Of a stretch of DNA of 40,229 nucleotides, positions 1 to 6,520 are shown one piece after another (positions within the stretch are counted from its first letter, which is position 1; every line of letters begins with the position of its first letter). The notes under the pieces were generated by a model that was given only the letters and a program-made list of their open reading frames with translations, did no database searches and was not told the DNA's origin. Position numbers and translations under genes: made by a program. The stretch is from positions 1 to 40,229 of the IMG/VR virus record IMGVR_UViG_3300037478_000195. One strand, written 5' to 3'. The DNA comes from a virus (Duplodnaviria; Caudoviricetes).

Positions 1-79
1 GCAAGCTCACGGCCGAGCGGCGGGCCGAGGAGGTTGAGTGGGGGCGCTCGATGCTCTGGCCGAAGGGCTGATTGCTCAT
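1..79 (-). CDS. 5' part of a 47-aa hypothetical protein that continues at 40229..40165 across the circular junction
   Basis: The ATG at 79 overlaps the stop of 76..414 (ATGA). Joined translation is MSNQPFGQSIERPHSTSSARRSAVSLPGRAAGDMWQSLKQVEVVKEA, ending in an ATGA overlap with 39914..40168. Confidence 0.65.
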   Translation of the reverse strand, partial: MSNQPFGQSIERPHSTSSARRSAVSL

Positions 80-414
80 TTGGCCGTCTCGCTGCGGCCA
101 CTCGGCTGCGGCACCACGAGCCAGCCCGCGCTGAGTCGCTCGGCCAGCAGCAGCGCCTGCTCCACGGTCTCAACCACGGTCACCGGCCAGCGGGCGTGCC
201 ACTCACGCTGCGCCGCGGTCAGCCGCCGCCGGCTCGGCGGTAGGTCGCCGTCCTTGATCTCGGCCAGCGCCAGCCTCCCGGTCGGCCGGTGGTGCACCAG
301 CAAATCGGGCACGCCATCACCCACAGCGGCGAGGCTCTGCACATCGCACCCGCATTTGCGCAGCACGCTCACAATCTGGGCGTGATTTGCGTCTGTTTTT
401 GCTGCGCGGCGCAT
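76..414 (-). CDS. PD-(D/E)XK nuclease, VRR-NUC-like / putative Holliday junction resolvase
   Basis: GVPDLLV...AEIKDG...RLTAAQREW motif pattern, located in the nin-like region. Confidence 0.75.
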   Translation of the reverse strand: MRRAAKTDANHAQIVSVLRKCGCDVQSLAAVGDGVPDLLVHHRPTGRLALAEIKDGDLPPSRRRLTAAQREWHARWPVTVVETVEQALLLAERLSAGWLVVPQPSGRSETAK

Positions 415-420
415 TTTTAT

Positions 421-490
421 GGGGCCAAGTTATGCGTCATAGTCGTTGCCAAGTTAGGCGTCACGTGACGTACAAATTACGTTGGGCCCC
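421..490. repeat. Imperfect palindromic element with a 16-bp near-identical direct repeat and three GTTRRRY-like cores
   Basis: GCCAAGTTATGCGTCA at 424-439 and GCCAAGTTAGGCGTCA at 448-463. Outer arms GGGGCCAA (421) and TTGGGCCCC (482-490). Confidence 0.6.
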
Positions 491-850
491 ACGGCCTATG
501 TTCGCGTCAATGTCCAGGCGGGCGCCACCAATGCCGCGCGCCGGGATGCTTTGACAGATCGAGCGAACCCGCTCGCGCACTTCGGGGTCGGCGTGGTCTG
601 CAGTCAGCCAGCGCAGTCGCAGCGCATCGGCGCGCATCTCTCCCATAGCAGCAGCATCGCCGCGTCTGGCCTCGGCCATCGCGTGCCACTCGGCAGCGTC
701 GCCACGCCGGGCCTCGCTCATCATGCCCACGGCATTGCGCAGGCTCACCAGCTCGCGCTCGCGGTCCAGCCAGCGGCGCAGCACGGCGCGCAGGTTGCGC
801 CAGAAGGTGCCCACGTTCAGGCGGCGGGCGTCAGTGTCATAGGTGTTCAT
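461..850 (-). CDS. Hypothetical phage protein with internal repeat (EARRGDAA x2)
   Basis: 129-aa ORF with RBS GAGGA, in operon orientation. Confidence 0.7.
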   Translation of the reverse strand: MNTYDTDARRLNVGTFWRNLRAVLRRWLDRERELVSLRNAVGMMSEARRGDAAEWHAMAEARRGDAAAMGEMRADALRLRWLTADHADPEVRERVRSICQSIPARGIGGARLDIDANIGRGAQRNLYVT

Positions 851-875
851 CAGTTTCCTCGCTTCGGATACAGGG

Positions 876-938
876 GCCTAACCCCCGGTTGGAGAGCCGG
901 ACTTGCCTTCGGCAAGCCGCTCAACCGGAACGTTAGGC
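876..938 (-). repeat. attC-like (59-base-element-like) imperfect hairpin
   Basis: GCCTAAC at 876-882 and GTTAGGC at 932-938, inner arms CCGGTT/AACCGG and CTTGCC/GGCAAG with bulged bases. The TAA stop of 933..1124 lies inside the RYYYAAC box. Confidence 0.65.
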
Positions 939-1124
939 CCTACGAATCGCCTTAGCCACGCGATGCGCCAGGTTCTCGAAGCCATCGCCAATCTCGGCCA
1001 GCGCTGCGTCAACACACCGCTCGCGCTCTGCGGCTACGGCAGCGTCATACAGCCATTGCAGTGCCGCCCACTTGGTTTCGTGGTTGCGGGCCGACCAGTC
1101 AATGAGTTTCGTGCGCTCGTCCAT
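933..1124 (-). CDS. Hypothetical protein (AAVAAERERC coiled-coil motif, common in phage nin regions)
   Basis: 63-aa ORF with RBS AAGGA. Confidence 0.7.
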   Translation of the reverse strand: MDERTKLIDWSARNHETKWAALQWLYDAAVAAERERCVDAALAEIGDGFENLAHRVAKAIRRA

Positions 1125-1170
1125 CGTTGTTCCTTTCGCTTCGGCACCAGAGGCCCGTTGTCTGCATTGC

Positions 1171-1644
1171 TCATTGCCATAGCCCCGCCAGTGTCCCGAT
1201 AGTCCACACCATGCCCACCGTGGCCGCTACCGCAATCCAGGCGGTGAGGCATATCCAGAGCACGCCCGGGTCCAACTGCATCACGGGTTTTTCTTGTGCC
1301 GCGCATGTGCGGCCTTGATTGCAATTGCTGGTGCATGGTGGGCATGTTCGATTACCTGCGTGTTCAACAACCTCGCCGACCGCCTCGGCTTGTGGAGCAT
1401 CGAGCACGGTCGCTGAACGCGTCAGCGCCTTGCTGTATAGGCGTTGCTCGACTGGCGAAAGACTGACTTCGCCAGCGTCAAGATCGAACTCTTCGGTGAC
1501 TCGCTCGATTAGCTCTTGACCTTCGCGAAGCTCTTCGACGATGGCGCGCATTGCTGACAGCTCGCCTTTGGTCAAATCAAGGAGAGGGTCCGCTGCCATG
1601 AGGTCCAGGCGCTTGATCCGCTCGCCCATGTCTTTTGGATTCAT
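1171..1644 (-). CDS. Hypothetical protein with Cys cluster and C-terminal transmembrane helix
   Basis: Starts MNPKDM in an ATGA overlap with 1641..1850. Contains CPPCTSNCNQGRTC and a hydrophobic C-terminus. Confidence 0.7.
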   Translation of the reverse strand: MNPKDMGERIKRLDLMAADPLLDLTKGELSAMRAIVEELREGQELIERVTEEFDLDAGEVSLSPVEQRLYSKALTRSATVLDAPQAEAVGEVVEHAGNRTCPPCTSNCNQGRTCAAQEKPVMQLDPGVLWICLTAWIAVAATVGMVWTIGTLAGLWQ

Positions 1645-1850
1645 TGATCCTCCGGTGCCCAGCCGATGCGGCCGAGAAGCGATCCGCAGCACGCGCATCG
1701 CATGATTGGAAACCCGCCTTGATCTGCTGGCAGGTCATAAGCCACCGCAAAGGTCTTGTTCCTGCAACCCTTGCACGCCAAGTCCTCGCGCCACTCGGTA
1801 TCCGCTTTGTTGGTGCGATGCGCGAGATAAACAACCGTGTCGCTGGTCAT
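1641..1850 (-). CDS. Small zinc-ribbon protein
   Basis: CKGC...CACC motifs, ATGA overlaps at both ends. Confidence 0.75.
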   Translation of the reverse strand: MTSDTVVYLAHRTNKADTEWREDLACKGCRNKTFAVAYDLPADQGGFPIMRCACCGSLLGRIGWAPEDQ

Positions 1851-2233
1851 GCAGCACCCCCGTGCGTGTTGGTGTGGTACACGCGCTCAGCAGGCGCCTT
1901 ACCGTACGTGATGCGCGTCTGAGGCGTGATGATTGGCTCGCCAGGCATGCGGGCTGGGCCGCCTCGTGTTGGAGGCGCCAGCCTGTTCGCGCTACCCGAC
2001 TTGCGCAGCACAGTGGGCTGTGGAGTTGCGTAGTACGCATCAGCCCGCTCGCGGGTGTCGAAATATCGCTTCTCAGCTTTCCCGCCCATGGACGCCAGCG
2101 TGAAAACCCGCCCAGCTCGCACTAGCCGCGTAGTCGTGCAGCAGATTGATCTTTCGGTCCAGCCGATGACCTCCTTGTTTGCGTAGCCAGTGGGCTGCTT
2201 TGCCAATTGCTCAAGATGCGCCGTGAGCTGCAT
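1847..2233 (-). CDS. Hypothetical protein, possible winged-helix N-terminus
   Basis: Start MQLTAHL with RBS GGAG, stop overlaps the next gene. Confidence 0.6.
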   Translation of the reverse strand: MQLTAHLEQLAKQPTGYANKEVIGWTERSICCTTTRLVRAGRVFTLASMGGKAEKRYFDTRERADAYYATPQPTVLRKSGSANRLAPPTRGGPARMPGEPIITPQTRITYGKAPAERVYHTNTHGGAA

Positions 2234-2492
2234 GTGGGTTGCTCCAAGGTTTGAAAACGATAAGGCTCGGAAAGTGCCGCACTTCCGGCTCACGGACCTT
2301 TGTCCTGCGCCTCCCGGAGACCTGAGACGGCAAAGCACAGGCCGGAGGCAATGGCTCAATCACGGGCTCTGGCTCGCGCTTGATCGGGTCTAGATCGCCA
2401 GTGGCAGCGAGAGCACGCAGCACCTGAGTCCGTGATGCCGCCATTCCGGCGCGGACGGCATTGAGAAACGTGCGGGCGTCTTGGCGGTTCAT
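2211..2492 (-). CDS. Hypothetical protein
   Basis: Start MNRQDART in an ATGA overlap with 2489..2713. Confidence 0.6.
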   Translation of the reverse strand: MNRQDARTFLNAVRAGMAASRTQVLRALAATGDLDPIKREPEPVIEPLPPACALPSQVSGRRRTKVREPEVRHFPSLIVFKPWSNPHAAHGAS

Positions 2493-2713
2493 GCGGGCCG
2501 CCCCAAGCCAAGGCGCTGCTGATTCGTGATACTCGGCCACCTGTCCCGGTCTGACCAGGCATGCGCAGAACACAGCCGGTGAATGCCACGATCACCGCTA
2601 TCGACAGTCCAACGGTTCGGGCACCCGTGTGCACAGCACATCAATGAACCGCCAGAGACGGCCTCATCAACTGCGCGTTGATCGCGGTTTTCATCGAACG
2701 TGGTGCGCCTCAT
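2489..2713 (-). CDS. Small Cys/His-rich protein directly downstream of the replication initiator
   Basis: MRRTTF start coupled to the rep stop. CCAHGCPNRW...LCSAH is a likely Zn site. Confidence 0.7.
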   Translation of the reverse strand: MRRTTFDENRDQRAVDEAVSGGSLMCCAHGCPNRWTVDSGDRGIHRLCSAHAWSDRDRWPSITNQQRLGLGRPA

Positions 2714-3558
2714 GCTGTCTCCTGGTGGTACTTGCCTTCGATGACCTTGGCCCAATTCGTCGGGTTTACGAGCCATTCCAGCTCGATCACGAACGGCCTT
2801 TTGTCGCCGCGAGGCGGGGACTTGCCGGTGAGGAACATGCTCTGCCCGACGTAGCCGAAGAGCTTGCGTAGGTAGGCCAGCCCTTGAGCTTCATCCGCCC
2901 ATGATTTTTCGACTGCCGTCTCTCGCCAGCGGGCCCTGAGGTGGTCGGCCCGCGCGCCTCGCCACTGCGAAGGGAGGTGTTGAGGGAGGTGCGGTAGCAC
3001 TTCCGCCCACAGCGCCAAAACCGCGAGGTGCGGGCAGTCTGGCGGGCTCTTTTGCCTTGGGCGCGAAGCAACGAGCGCTAACGCGGGCTGCTCGGCCGAA
3101 GGCGGAGCGGGAGCAACCGTAAGGTTGCTTGTCTTTTCCAAGGAATCAAGAGAGAGGGAATCAGGAATCAGCCCGGCTCGTTCCGGTTGAGGCGGTTGCT
3201 CGCCTTGTTCTGACACCGAACTAGCACCAGACTTGCATGGTGCTGGTATGGTGCTAGCAGCTTCTTTAATGTGAGGGTTCTGATGCTCCGCCCAGGTTTT
3301 CACCTGCAAGTACCGTTTTCCATCGACCTCGTATCGCTCGATGAAGCCCGTTTGGTGCAGCATCTGCAATAGGGCATCTGCGTCGCACTCGTCATATGGC
3401 AGCACTTCGGCCCTGATCTTCTTGGGGCGGTCTTCAAGACGCCCCTCCCGGTCGCACAGCGTCCAGATGCCAGCAAACAGCAGGCGCGCTAGAGGCGGCA
3501 GCTCGCCCAGCACATCGTTCGTGAAAAAGCCGGGCTTGATATTCCTAGAGCGTGCCAT
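2710..3558 (-). CDS. Phage replication initiator (O-analogue; N-terminal winged helix)
   Basis: MARSRNIKPGFF...ARLLFAGIW...DREGR N-terminus and C-terminal LEWLVNPTNWAKVIEGKY, typical of phage initiators. Lies downstream of cII and contains internal iterons. Confidence 0.85.
   Translation of the reverse strand: MARSRNIKPGFFTNDVLGELPPLARLLFAGIWTLCDREGRLEDRPKKIRAEVLPYDECDADALLQMLHQTGFIERYEVDGKRYLQVKTWAEHQNPHIKEAASTIPAPCKSGASSVSEQGEQPPQPERAGLIPDSLSLDSLEKTSNLTVAPAPPSAEQPALALVASRPRQKSPPDCPHLAVLALWAEVLPHLPQHLPSQWRGARADHLRARWRETAVEKSWADEAQGLAYLRKLFGYVGQSMFLTGKSPPRGDKRPFVIELEWLVNPTNWAKVIEGKYHQETA
3140..3257. other. Putative replication origin (iterons within rep)
   Basis: AGCACCA at 3223-3229, TGGTGCT at 3238-3244 and 3249-3255, next to a purine-rich tract with GGAATCA x3 (3140-3171). 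Confidence 0.55.
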
Positions 3559-3754
3559 CGCGCGCCCCCGCCTCTAGCTCCATCAGCATCACCTTGCGGG
3601 GCTGATAGAGCGGGTATTCATTGCCTTGAGCACAGCTGTCGATGAACACCTGATGCTCGTTCTTGTTGCCGTCCACGGCTTCGTATCGAGTGCATGTGCC
3701 GTGCTTTGGGCAGCACAGGCCATAGCAGGCGGATCGGTCTGCGGGCCAGGTCAT
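3545..3754 (-). CDS. Small Cys-rich hypothetical protein
   Basis: MTWPADRSACYGLCCPKHGTCTRY, ATGA overlap with the upstream ORF. Confidence 0.65.
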   Translation of the reverse strand: MTWPADRSACYGLCCPKHGTCTRYEAVDGNKNEHQVFIDSCAQGNEYPLYQPRKVMLMELEAGARDGTL

Positions 3755-3870
3755 CCCACGATCCTCCAAGCCTTGAACCGCGACCCGTTGCAGCTCACCC
3801 ACTTGTCGATTACCTTGATGCCTGAGCGCATGAGTCGCTCCAGGGCCTTGGTCTTTGTGGTGCATGTCAT
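3751..3870 (-). CDS. 39-aa hypothetical protein (not in the ORF track)
   Basis: MTCTTKTKALERLMRSGIKVIDKWVSCNGSRFKAWRIVG, ATGA overlaps at both ends. Confidence 0.6.
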   Translation of the reverse strand: MTCTTKTKALERLMRSGIKVIDKWVSCNGSRFKAWRIVG

Positions 3871-4064
3871 GCCGCCCTCGCTTTCTCGATGTAGACACTC
3901 GCGCACTGGTAGGCCGCAAGTGCCTCAAGTGCTTGCAATGCGTTGTGTGCAGCTGCCAGCGCTCTGTGCAGGGATGCCTCGGTCTGCTGGGGCAGCGCGG
4001 AAACTTCTTTCAGCACTGCTTGGCTGTTGATGACGATGACTTCGAGGTTTTGGATTTCGGTCAT
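3867..4064 (-). CDS. Hypothetical helical protein
   Basis: Translationally coupled at both ends. Confidence 0.65.
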   Translation of the reverse strand: MTEIQNLEVIVINSQAVLKEVSALPQQTEASLHRALAAAHNALQALEALAAYQCASVYIEKARAA

Positions 4065-4336
4065 TCAAACCCCCGCATTGCCTTCACGGCAATCGTCAGT
4101 TGCGGGATCGAGGCGCGCGGGTTCCTCGCCAGCGCCAGACCTTGCTTCTGGGAGGCAACCCAATCGCGGGTTAGCTTGACTCCGCCGTTGACAACCCCAG
4201 GGGGGGGTCTCATGCACAAGCGCCCCAGCTCAAGGCAAAGCTGAGCCTTCTCTTCGGCCGCGCTCGATCTGGTGTTGCGGATGTCGCGGAAGCCTTGTGG
4301 CGGCGGAAGCCCGCCGATGAAATCGAGCTGGGTCAT
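4061..4336 (-). CDS. Hypothetical protein
   Basis: Translationally coupled at both ends. Confidence 0.65.
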   Translation of the reverse strand: MTQLDFIGGLPPPQGFRDIRNTRSSAAEEKAQLCLELGRLCMRPPPGVVNGGVKLTRDWVASQKQGLALARNPRASIPQLTIAVKAMRGFE

Positions 4337-4521
4337 CTCAGACGCCTTTCGATGTCTTCCAGGTGTACCTGGGCAAGGATTGAGAATTTCTCAAGCGCAG
4401 CTTCTGCGTCTTGGATCTCGCCAAAGGCAATCGCCTCATCGAATTCCCACAACTGACGCAGGCCGAGCTCGTCGTTCGCGGCGTAGAGCCGACGCTCAAG
4501 CTCTTCAATGGTGAGGTTCAT
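4333..4521 (-). CDS. Hypothetical acidic helical protein
   Basis: MNLTIEELERRLY start overlaps the cII stop (TGATG). Confidence 0.65.
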   Translation of the reverse strand: MNLTIEELERRLYAANDELGLRQLWEFDEAIAFGEIQDAEAALEKFSILAQVHLEDIERRLR

Positions 4522-4817
4522 CAGTCCCACTCCAGTTTTGGGCCCTCGGCCACGTGCATCGCGGCCAGGGCATGCAGGGCCTGCACGTAGTCGGCAGGGA
4601 AGCACTTCATCTCTTGCGGCACGACCTTGAAGCCGAGCTGATAGAGCAACACGAGCGCGTCCTCCAGCTTCTCGGTCTTCGTGCGGCTCACGGTCGATTC
4701 GCTGACACCCAGCACTTGCGCCACGTTGCGGGCGGTCCCAGGGTCTTGCATCGCCTGCAAGACGGCCGAATGCGCCTTGCGTGCTCTTTCCGATGGGCTC
4801 TGTGAGAGTTCGGACAT
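4521..4817 (-). CDS. cII: CII-family transcriptional activator
   Basis: VAQVLGVSESTVSRTK HTH followed by LGFKVVP, characteristic of lambda CII family. Downstream of cro. Confidence 0.85.
   Translation of the reverse strand: MSELSQSPSERARKAHSAVLQAMQDPGTARNVAQVLGVSESTVSRTKTEKLEDALVLLYQLGFKVVPQEMKCFPADYVQALHALAAMHVAEGPKLEWD
4777..4809 (+). promoter_or_regulatory. Putative CII-activated PRE promoter
   Basis: TTGC-N6-TTTC at 4777-4790, then 13 nt, then GAGAGT. Overlaps the 5' end of cII and points toward cI, matching lambda PRE geometry. Confidence 0.45.
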
Positions 4818-4964
4818 CACTACACCGGAGCGATGATGGACACGACCGAATGGGCCGCAGCCAAGCTGCGAGAGCTGGTGCGCCAAGCACTGCGCTGCAT
4901 CGCAGCGGAATACCTGCTGATGGCGGCCAGCCTATGACCTACACTGAAATGACTGGGAGATGCA

Positions 4965-5186
4965 ATGGAGACAAAACTCCAATCACTGGATGCGCGCCTA
5001 GTGCGCCTGGAAGGCGGCTTGCTGGCCGCAACGGTCGTGCTTGGGCTGCTGGTCCAGCGCGATCCACGGCTGAAAGAGTCGCTCAGGGCGGCGCAAGTGC
5101 ATGCCGTGCTGCCGCAGGCATACGCCGACCTGGGGCCGGAGGTGACGGCTGCGGCGCAGCGCTGGCTGGGCGATCTGCTTGCATAG
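4965..5186 (+). CDS. Small hypothetical protein, opposite strand to cro-cII
   Basis: RBS GGGAG at 4955-4959, 73 aa, with hydrophobic segment LLAATVVLGLLV. Confidence 0.6.
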   Translation: METKLQSLDARLVRLEGGLLAATVVLGLLVQRDPRLKESLRAAQVHAVLPQAYADLGPEVTAAAQRWLGDLLA

Positions 5187-5401
5187 CCCATTTGGGCATC
5201 AAGGGCACCCACAAAACATGTAGGTCCGCCGCCGTCATAACGCACAGTCATGGCGCTGTCATAACTCGCAAAAGGCGCGTAGAGTGGTCTGTTTCCAGCG
5301 CGCAAAGGCAATACATGTTCCAGACTCAAACGCAGCCCCGCATCATCTCGATGCGGGCATGGCGGCTGGCTCACCCTGAAAGATGCCAATGCCATGGCGG
5401 C

Positions 5402-5599
5402 CTACCTGCGGCGAGCGGGACGAGCCAGCGTGTCGCGCAAGGCGCGAAGCGTCTCAACCCCAGGATTGGGAATTTTCCCGTTGACAAACTTCGATATCCA
5501 GGAGTAGCTGACGCCGGACTCGCTAGAAATCTGTCTCCAAAAGCCAAGGCGCCCCTTCAGGGCCTCCCGGATCGGTGCAACGTCAAGGTCGATAGCCAT
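5402..5599 (-). CDS. cro: Cro-like XRE HTH regulator
   Basis: ISSESGVSYSWISKFVNGKIPNPGVETL HTH, divergent from the repressor. Confidence 0.85.
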   Translation of the reverse strand: MAIDLDVAPIREALKGRLGFWRQISSESGVSYSWISKFVNGKIPNPGVETLRALRDTLARPARRR

Positions 5600-5605
5600 G
5601 TTGGC

Positions 5606-5648
5606 AGTATCGCAAAACTTTGCGATTCACGCAATCAACACTTTGCGA
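5606..5648 (-). promoter_or_regulatory. PR promoter and OR operator(s)
   Basis: TTGCGT (5634-5629), 17 nt, GATACT (5611-5606). Palindrome ATCGCAAA-AC-TTTGCGAT at 5609-5626 and a half-site CTTTGCGA at 5641-5648. Confidence 0.8.
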
Positions 5649-5671
5649 GTGCGCTTGCCGACACTTCTAGC

Positions 5672-6022
5672 GTGGAGAAAAAACAAGGCAATCAAATACT
5701 TGCGGAGGCGATTGGCTTCTACTTGAAGGCCGCGGGCCTGAATTACTCGTCTCTCGCCGCGAAGGCCGGGGTGGCCCCGAACACGGTCAAGTACTGCCAC
5801 CAGCCCGGGAAGCGCCCCGGAGCTGACAGCAAGAGCGCAAAGACGCCATCCGCAAACATGGGCGACCTGGAAAAAATCGCCACCGCGCTCGGGCTGGAGC
5901 TGGCGGACCTGGTGACCGACAGAACCGATGCTGAGCGCATCGCCATTCTGCGCAAGCGCGCAGCCGCCCACTATGAAGCACATGGCGTGCTGCCAGAGTG
6001 GGCGCCGGACAAGGCCGCATAG
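5672..6022 (+). CDS. cI: CI-like repressor, XRE HTH only (116 aa, GTG start)
   Basis: LNYSSLAAKAGVAPNTV...LEKIATALGLELADL. Lies between divergent operator-containing promoters. Confidence 0.75.
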   Translation: MEKKQGNQILAEAIGFYLKAAGLNYSSLAAKAGVAPNTVKYCHQPGKRPGADSKSAKTPSANMGDLEKIATALGLELADLVTDRTDAERIAILRKRAAAHYEAHGVLPEWAPDKAA

Positions 6023-6068
6023 GCACCGCTGCGCACCAAAGCCCTAAGCGCTAACACCGTTGCGCAAC

Positions 6069-6088
6069 CCGCCCAGGCGGATTTTTTT
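6069..6088 (+). terminator. Rho-independent terminator after the repressor gene
   Basis: CCGC-CCAG-GCGG hairpin followed by ATTTTTTT. Confidence 0.7.
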
Positions 6089-6115
6089 GCGGACCCGGAA
6101 CTGTTACACGCCAAG

Positions 6116-6158
6116 TCGCAAAACTTTGCTTGACGACTTCGCAAAACTTTGCGATAGT
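6116..6158 (+). promoter_or_regulatory. PL promoter and two OL operators
   Basis: TTGACG (6130-6135), 17 nt, GATAGT (6153-6158). Operators TCGCAAAACTTTGCTT at 6116-6131 and TCGCAAAACTTTGCGA at 6139-6154, the latter identical to OR. Confidence 0.85.
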
Positions 6159-6196
6159 TCATCCCAGCGACACGCCACACGGCAAGGAGATGGGAA

Positions 6197-6520
6197 ATGC
6201 AAAGAGACCTCCCCACACAGTCAGAGCTGCATCAATCTGAGATAGCCCGACAGTGGGCTGACGCCGAGTTCGCCGAAGCCCTGCGCGTTATCAAAGGCGC
6301 CTATCGCAGCCATGCCAGGGCATGCCAACTGGCCGCCGTGGTTGAGGACTTCATGGGCGAGCTGGATGGCCTACATGGCCTGTCAGCAGTGGAAGACGCT
6401 GCTGCGCGCCTCTCGATGGCGCTGGACTGCTGCCACGCACCCGGCGATGTGGCCGCCCAGGCTCGTGAGTACCACGCCGAACAGCGGTTCGAGATGAGCC
6501 GCGAAGGTGGTGCTGCATGA
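6197..6520 (+). CDS. Hypothetical protein, first gene of the PL operon
   Basis: RBS AAGGAG, 107 aa. Confidence 0.75.
   Translation: MQRDLPTQSELHQSEIARQWADAEFAEALRVIKGAYRSHARACQLAAVVEDFMGELDGLHGLSAVEDAAARLSMALDCCHAPGDVAAQAREYHAEQRFEMSREGGAA

Noticed and set aside
4820-5395. 191-aa minus-strand ORF between cro and cII
   Set aside because: The second half is Ser/Arg-rich shadow sequence of the plus-strand gene 4965..5186. A shorter real product cannot be excluded.
4781-5671. N-terminal ~297 aa of the 413-aa ORF 4781..6022
   Set aside because: It runs antisense across cro, the operators and the cII start, and is not protein-like. Only the HTH part from GTG 5672 is credible.
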